NCBI GenBank assembly: GCA_945902915.1
Contig: CAMDNJ010000001.1
Coordinates: forward strand, 1 to 57,080
DNA: 57,080 bases
Direction: 5' to 3'
DNA from: Crenothrix polyspora
GTDB taxonomy: Bacteria; Pseudomonadota; Gammaproteobacteria; Methylococcales; Methylomonadaceae
Shown here one piece after another: positions 52,724 to 57,080 of this stretch. Both the position numbers and the translations under genes were made by a program. The notes under the pieces are model-generated. The model was not told the origin of the DNA, searched no databases, and worked only from the letters and a program-made list of their open reading frames with translations. Numbering within the stretch: position 1 is the first letter of the stretch; every line of letters begins with the position of its first letter.

Positions 52724-52782
52724 TTAATATACTTTTCTAGATTCCTATGTTGTCAGAAGGCTGCAAGGGGGGGGTAACCAGC

Positions 52783-54126
52783 TTAATTTATCTTCTTCTT
52801 GTGTACTTTCGGTTTCTTAATAGCCTTGTTTTCGAAGAAGCGCAAGCCAAAAAAGGTTAACCAGCCTATCAGAAATAAACCTAGGATAAAGCCACCATAA
52901 GCTATGGGCCAAGCGACTCCTCCTGCCATCATGGTAAATTCTGACATGCCACCTATGCCTGCCAAAAGATTGAGTGGCATAAAAATAACGCTAATAATGG
53001 TTAAGCGCTTAAGATCTTTGTTTTGGTTGACGTTAATGAAACCAACAGTGGCATCCATTTGGAAGTTGATTTTATTAAACAAGAAAGCGGTATGGCCATC
53101 CAAAGATTCTATGTCACGTAATATCTCTCTGACCTCAGTATGCTGATCTTCAGATAAAAACTTGCCACGCATTAAAAAAGATAAGGCTCTCCGTGTATCT
53201 AAAACATTACGACGTATGCGTCCATTAAGATCTTCTTCTTCGGCAATAGCCGCCAGTATTTTTTCGGCCTCATGATCGGTCATGTGCGACTTAAAGACTT
53301 GCCTGCCAACTGATTCGAGTTCGGTATAAACATCTTCTAGGGCATTCGCTGAATACTCAACCTCGGCCGCATATAAATCTAGCAATACATCTTTAGCTTC
53401 TGATACATAACCCGATTCTGCCCGCGCCCGTAAACGTTGTAAACGAAAGACCGGTAATTCTTTGTTACGTACTGAAAATAAGGTGCCTTTATGAAGAATA
53501 AAAGCCACGGGAACGTTGCGCGATTCATCTTTTCTATCCAGTAAAAAGTCAGAATGTAAATGCACCTCGCCATTTTCTTCTATGTAGAAGCGGGCGCTGG
53601 TTTCTAAATCGGTTAAACTCTTTGGATTAGGGAGATCTACATCGAAAATCTCTTTTGCCCAAACGAGTTGTTCTTCTTCGGGTTTTACTAAGTCAATCCA
53701 GATAGGCTTGGCTCTGGCTAAATCTTCTTTGGTTTCAATAGGGACTTGTCGTAAGCGTCCTTCATGCAAATCAAATACACGTATCGTCATGTTTCGATTT
53801 CGAGCTTTAGTTTCGATAATAAATTCAGCACGTAGTGCTTCAGCTATTTCTCGTCGCACATCATCCTTTCTGTCGTCACGAAGTAATTGCCAGGTCATTT
53901 GCCGGTCATCAATGGAAAGAGACTCAAGTATCCTTGCGATAATTTGGCGATCCAGATTGTCCAGTAGCCTTTGTAACTCGACTCGATTTTGTTTGTGTAC
54001 TAAGGTTTCTACCAAATCATGGTGAGGCATGTCTTGACGTCGCACTAAATCTTCGATGAGCTTATGCTTGGCCAATAAACTTTTAACGGTAGCGAGATGA
54101 TTTTGAATATCTAAGTTATCGTTCAT
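52783..54126 (-). CDS. corA: Magnesium/cobalt transporter CorA with N-terminal extension
   Basis: PIWIDL, SARF, NKINF.MDATVGFIN, GGMSE signature and two TMs; about 110 extra N-terminal residues. Confidence 0.9.
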   Translation of the reverse strand: MNDNLDIQNHLATVKSLLAKHKLIEDLVRRQDMPHHDLVETLVHKQNRVELQRLLDNLDRQIIARILESLSIDDRQMTWQLLRDDRKDDVRREIAEALRAEFIIETKARNRNMTIRVFDLHEGRLRQVPIETKEDLARAKPIWIDLVKPEEEQLVWAKEIFDVDLPNPKSLTDLETSARFYIEENGEVHLHSDFLLDRKDESRNVPVAFILHKGTLFSVRNKELPVFRLQRLRARAESGYVSEAKDVLLDLYAAEVEYSANALEDVYTELESVGRQVFKSHMTDHEAEKILAAIAEEEDLNGRIRRNVLDTRRALSFLMRGKFLSEDQHTEVREILRDIESLDGHTAFLFNKINFQMDATVGFINVNQNKDLKRLTIISVIFMPLNLLAGIGGMSEFTMMAGGVAWPIAYGGFILGLFLIGWLTFFGLRFFENKAIKKPKVHKKKIN

Positions 54127-54176
54127 GTTTTGCTTTCTGTGAGGGGCGGTGGGCTATTAGATCAGCTAAGAATCAA

Positions 54177-54363
54177 TTAATAACTGATGTTACCCAGCCA
54201 TTCAGCGGTTTAAAAAACAAATAATGAGATCGCTATCGCGACGATGTGTTAATCGGGTATTCGCACCCTAAGGCTAGATACTTTTTTTTGCGTAGCCTTT
54301 AGAAAGTATCCAAAGAAAAGGTGGCTCGATTGCAGCTTTTTCCTGCGTAACGTCAGTTAGTAA
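54177..54363 (+). mobile_element. MITE-like element, copy 3 (internally deleted, both TIRs present)
   Basis: TTAATAACTGATGTTACCCAG ... CTGCGTAACGTCAGTTAGTAA (18/21 inverted match); shares the left arm with copies 1 and 2. Confidence 0.8.
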
Positions 54364-54374
54364 TAACGTATGAA

Positions 54375-55361
54375 TTAAACAACAAAAACAGCTCCGCCGC
54401 TATTTCTAGCACTGGCCGTTATAAAGCTTAAATTATCAAAGTGAGCGAATTTCTCTTTGGCCTTATCAGTAATAGCTTCTGCTAAGGTTATCCCATCTAC
54501 TGCACAAAAACCAGTGGGTCCCCAAGAGGTCTGACCAATGGCGACTGCACCTTGCTCTGCTAACCAATCCATCGCGCAAGCAACTTCAGGGCTAGTAAAA
54601 ACACCTCCTTGAGCCGAAGCAAAATGTTCACCGACCGAGCGTTGTAATTGGGTTATGACATCACCAAACTTGTTAAGATCATTTTCAGCAACGGCAGGTA
54701 GACCTTGCATTAATAATAAATAACATAGGCGCGCAGCTTCTTGCTGAGGAAAGGGCGGTAATTCTTTAAAGGCTTGGATTTCTTGTAGGCCATGCAAACC
54801 CTGGCCACGTTGATCTAGCACTAAAATAAAGCGCCAATCGCTGGGTATGTCCATGTGCACCAACATCGGTGGCGTGATGGTTTTTTCTCCACGACCGCCG
54901 TCTACCACCAAGCCACCTTGTTCAAAGATGCCGATACCGATACCTGAGCGTAAACCTCTATCCATTAATGCCGCAATGTCTCTTACGGTAAGGCCGAGGC
55001 CATAATAAGTATTTAAAGCCATACCGATAGCTAATGACATTTGCGTACCAGAACCTAAACCTACATGTTCTGGGATAGCGCTTTCAATGATCACTTCGAG
55101 CTGATCGGAAACCTTTAGCGCCTGACAAAGTAACGTTAAACACTTGTCTGCCCTTTGCGCGCCAGGGCCATTAATAGTGCGCTGTGTTGCATGACTAATG
55201 CTTAAGCGGGTAGCTTGTTCATTAAGAGCAATGCCAATACTGCCAAAATGACGAGATAAGGATCCGCTTAAATCAATAAAGCCCATATGTAATCTGGCTG
55301 GAGCAATAACTGAGACTTTAGAATATTGGGCTATCACAAGGAGAAAGGGAGGGTGTTGCAA
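54375..55361 (-). CDS. mptG: Beta-ribofuranosylaminobenzene 5'-phosphate (beta-RFAP) synthase, GHMP family
   Basis: APARLHMGFID, IPEHVGLGSGTQ, RGLRSGIG, VDGG, GQTSWGPT; exact start uncertain. Confidence 0.88.
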   Translation of the reverse strand: MQHPPFLLVIAQYSKVSVIAPARLHMGFIDLSGSLSRHFGSIGIALNEQATRLSISHATQRTINGPGAQRADKCLTLLCQALKVSDQLEVIIESAIPEHVGLGSGTQMSLAIGMALNTYYGLGLTVRDIAALMDRGLRSGIGIGIFEQGGLVVDGGRGEKTITPPMLVHMDIPSDWRFILVLDQRGQGLHGLQEIQAFKELPPFPQQEAARLCYLLLMQGLPAVAENDLNKFGDVITQLQRSVGEHFASAQGGVFTSPEVACAMDWLAEQGAVAIGQTSWGPTGFCAVDGITLAEAITDKAKEKFAHFDNLSFITASARNSGGAVFVV

Positions 55362-55456
55362 AAATTAGATGAATTATACAGGATTAACGGCAAAATGGGC
55401 TAAATTGAACTTTGATTCTCTTGTGCAAGCGTTCTAAAGTCACCTTTTTTAGTGTT

Positions 55457-56110
55457 TTATAGGTGAATAATATCCACTAAATTATTGACCATAGTATTAC
55501 AAAGATTCAATGTGACAGGATCAAGGGTTTTTGTAGTAGGTATCCATACCGCATAAGCACCCGCACTTTTTGCTGCAACGATACCGGCATGAGAATCTTC
55601 CAGTACTAAACATTGTTGTATAGGAACATTTAAAATGTCTGCTGCTTTTAGAAAAATATCAGGCTCTGGTTTACCGTACACCACATCATCGCGACTGATG
55701 ATGTGGGTAAAAACATGACTTATATTTGCAAAGGCTAAGCATTCCTTAGCATTGATAGCACTACTATTCGTAGCTAAACAATAAGGGATATCTTGCTGTA
55801 TTAGTGTTTCTATAAGTTGATTAAAACCAGTCCGTACATTTATGCCATAGCGATTAACCTGTTCATGCCAGCATTGACCACTGAGTTTATTAAAGCGCTG
55901 CAGATTAAAATCAGCGCCACAATGCCTTAGCAATTGATCGGTGACGGCTTGATAATGTAAGCCAGATAGGGACTCACAGAAATCAGCTGACAGATGATAG
56001 TCCATGGTCTTTGCGGCTTGTTGCCAAGCCATAAAATATGTGGGTTCGGTATCTAGTACCAAACCATCCATATCAAAAATAACAGCAGAAAAGTCACTTA
56101 ATTGAACCAC
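55457..56110 (-). CDS. HAD-superfamily phosphatase (CbbY/beta-PGM-like)
   Basis: FDMDGLVLDTE, ATNS, GKPEPDIF, LEDS..G; GTG 56110 overlaps the upstream gene's end. Confidence 0.9.
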   Translation of the reverse strand: MVQLSDFSAVIFDMDGLVLDTEPTYFMAWQQAAKTMDYHLSADFCESLSGLHYQAVTDQLLRHCGADFNLQRFNKLSGQCWHEQVNRYGINVRTGFNQLIETLIQQDIPYCLATNSSAINAKECLAFANISHVFTHIISRDDVVYGKPEPDIFLKAADILNVPIQQCLVLEDSHAGIVAAKSAGAYAVWIPTTKTLDPVTLNLCNTMVNNLVDIIHL

Positions 56111-57032
56111 GAAGCACCTTAATATATTCACCCTGGGCTTCACGACTAGAACCTACTACTATGCGTTTAACACCGTATTGGTTTTGCTCGACTATGCCCG
56201 ATACGAGTACGGTTTCACCCTTAAGTGCTTGTCCGGTATAAGTCGCTGTAAAACTAACGATAGCATCAATATGGTCATGTGCTATTTTAAACTCAGCAGG
56301 ATAATCAAAGCCCTGACTATCATCAGTAATAAGGCATTTCAAGCTAATAACTTCACCTTTCTGATATCGGTCTAGATCAGGATTAGAGGAGTCATCTATA
56401 AAGTTTAAATCAAATTTACGGCCATTAATGACGGCTTTATTATATTTGCGGCGTTCATGCCAGACATAATCATCATAGCTTAAATCACAAGATCGACGTT
56501 GATAAGAGGCTTGCCAGTCTTGTTCATCCAATTCTTGTAATTGCTGTTGCGCTATTAACTGACGAGTAAGATCTCGACATTGATGAAAAGCAGTTCGACT
56601 GTAACAGACTAAATCGATATCCGAACTGGCTTGCTGAGCACCTATTAAGAGTGAACCAGTAATACCTGCTTGTGTTAAATCCAAACCGCCTTGTTGTAAT
56701 AAGTTACAAAGCTGGAATAGATCACTTTCAATAGCATCATGTTGCTCAGCCTGCATAAGGGCTTGCAAGCGTATTTTAGGTTGGTGATGCTTAATAATAC
56801 GCGTTAAAGGCACGGCATGTAAGTGCGCATCTAAGACCTTCGAGTAATGCAAATAATCAGGATGATGTTGTTTTAAGTGGGTATTGGCAGGTTCGGTCGT
56901 GAGCTTATTCCAAACGGAATTTATTTTAATATAGCGTAGAAAACATAAGACCTGATCTTGCTCAATATTTGAGCTGACGACAGCAAACACAAGGCCTTCG
57001 CTAGTTTCTATAAAATCTTTGGCAAAAATGAT
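56094..57032 (-). CDS. Predicted nucleotidyltransferase (Pol-beta fold, archaeal-like)
   Basis: GITGSLLIG...SDIDLV motif; frame stays open upstream of GTG 56990 (IIFAKDFIETSEGLVF); start uncertain. Confidence 0.75.
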   Translation of the reverse strand: MIFAKDFIETSEGLVFAVVSSNIEQDQVLCFLRYIKINSVWNKLTTEPANTHLKQHHPDYLHYSKVLDAHLHAVPLTRIIKHHQPKIRLQALMQAEQHDAIESDLFQLCNLLQQGGLDLTQAGITGSLLIGAQQASSDIDLVCYSRTAFHQCRDLTRQLIAQQQLQELDEQDWQASYQRRSCDLSYDDYVWHERRKYNKAVINGRKFDLNFIDDSSNPDLDRYQKGEVISLKCLITDDSQGFDYPAEFKIAHDHIDAIVSFTATYTGQALKGETVLVSGIVEQNQYGVKRIVVGSSREAQGEYIKVLRGSIK

Positions 57033-57080
57033 GGCTACACTCCTTGTGGTTTCAATTATGTAAGAAAGTTAATAATACCG

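Overview
Chromosomal window from a moderately AT-rich gammaproteobacterium, probably a Methylococcales-type methanotroph. This is inferred from a beta-RFAP synthase (H4MPT pathway), a PmoD/AmoD-like protein and the gene order. Most of the window is housekeeping: nifJ/PFOR with a DHODH-like partner, parE, mazG, dgkA, gcvH, grxC, pilD-coaE-zapD-yacG, an MCE/Mla-type ABC operon, ffh-rpsP-rimM-trmD-rplS, parC, purB, gloB, lysS, frameshifted prfB, dtd, tadA, pgi, an LPS core/ADP-heptose cluster and corA. I saw no rRNA, tRNA, CRISPR array, transposase or prophage. Five things stand out. (1) A co-oriented metal/redox cluster at 40.1-43.8 kb: variant PmoD-like protein, anchored cupredoxin, DedA protein, unknown membrane protein and Tat-exported superoxide-reductase-like protein. 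(2) An archaeal-like nucleotidyltransferase, HAD phosphatase and beta-RFAP synthase run, with a probable non-canonical start. (3) An Fn3-like gene with a 21-bp-periodic array upstream, plus a REP-bracketed paralogous fragment. (4) A PEP-CTERM gene with a sigma54 promoter and a perfectly duplicated 21-bp enhancer. (5) A dense, diverse set of REP/REPIN/MITE-like elements, including a TIR-bounded ~320-bp element in three copies, a nested insertion with an 8-bp target duplication, and a duplicated gloB 3' end. All family assignments come from motif recognition, not database searches.
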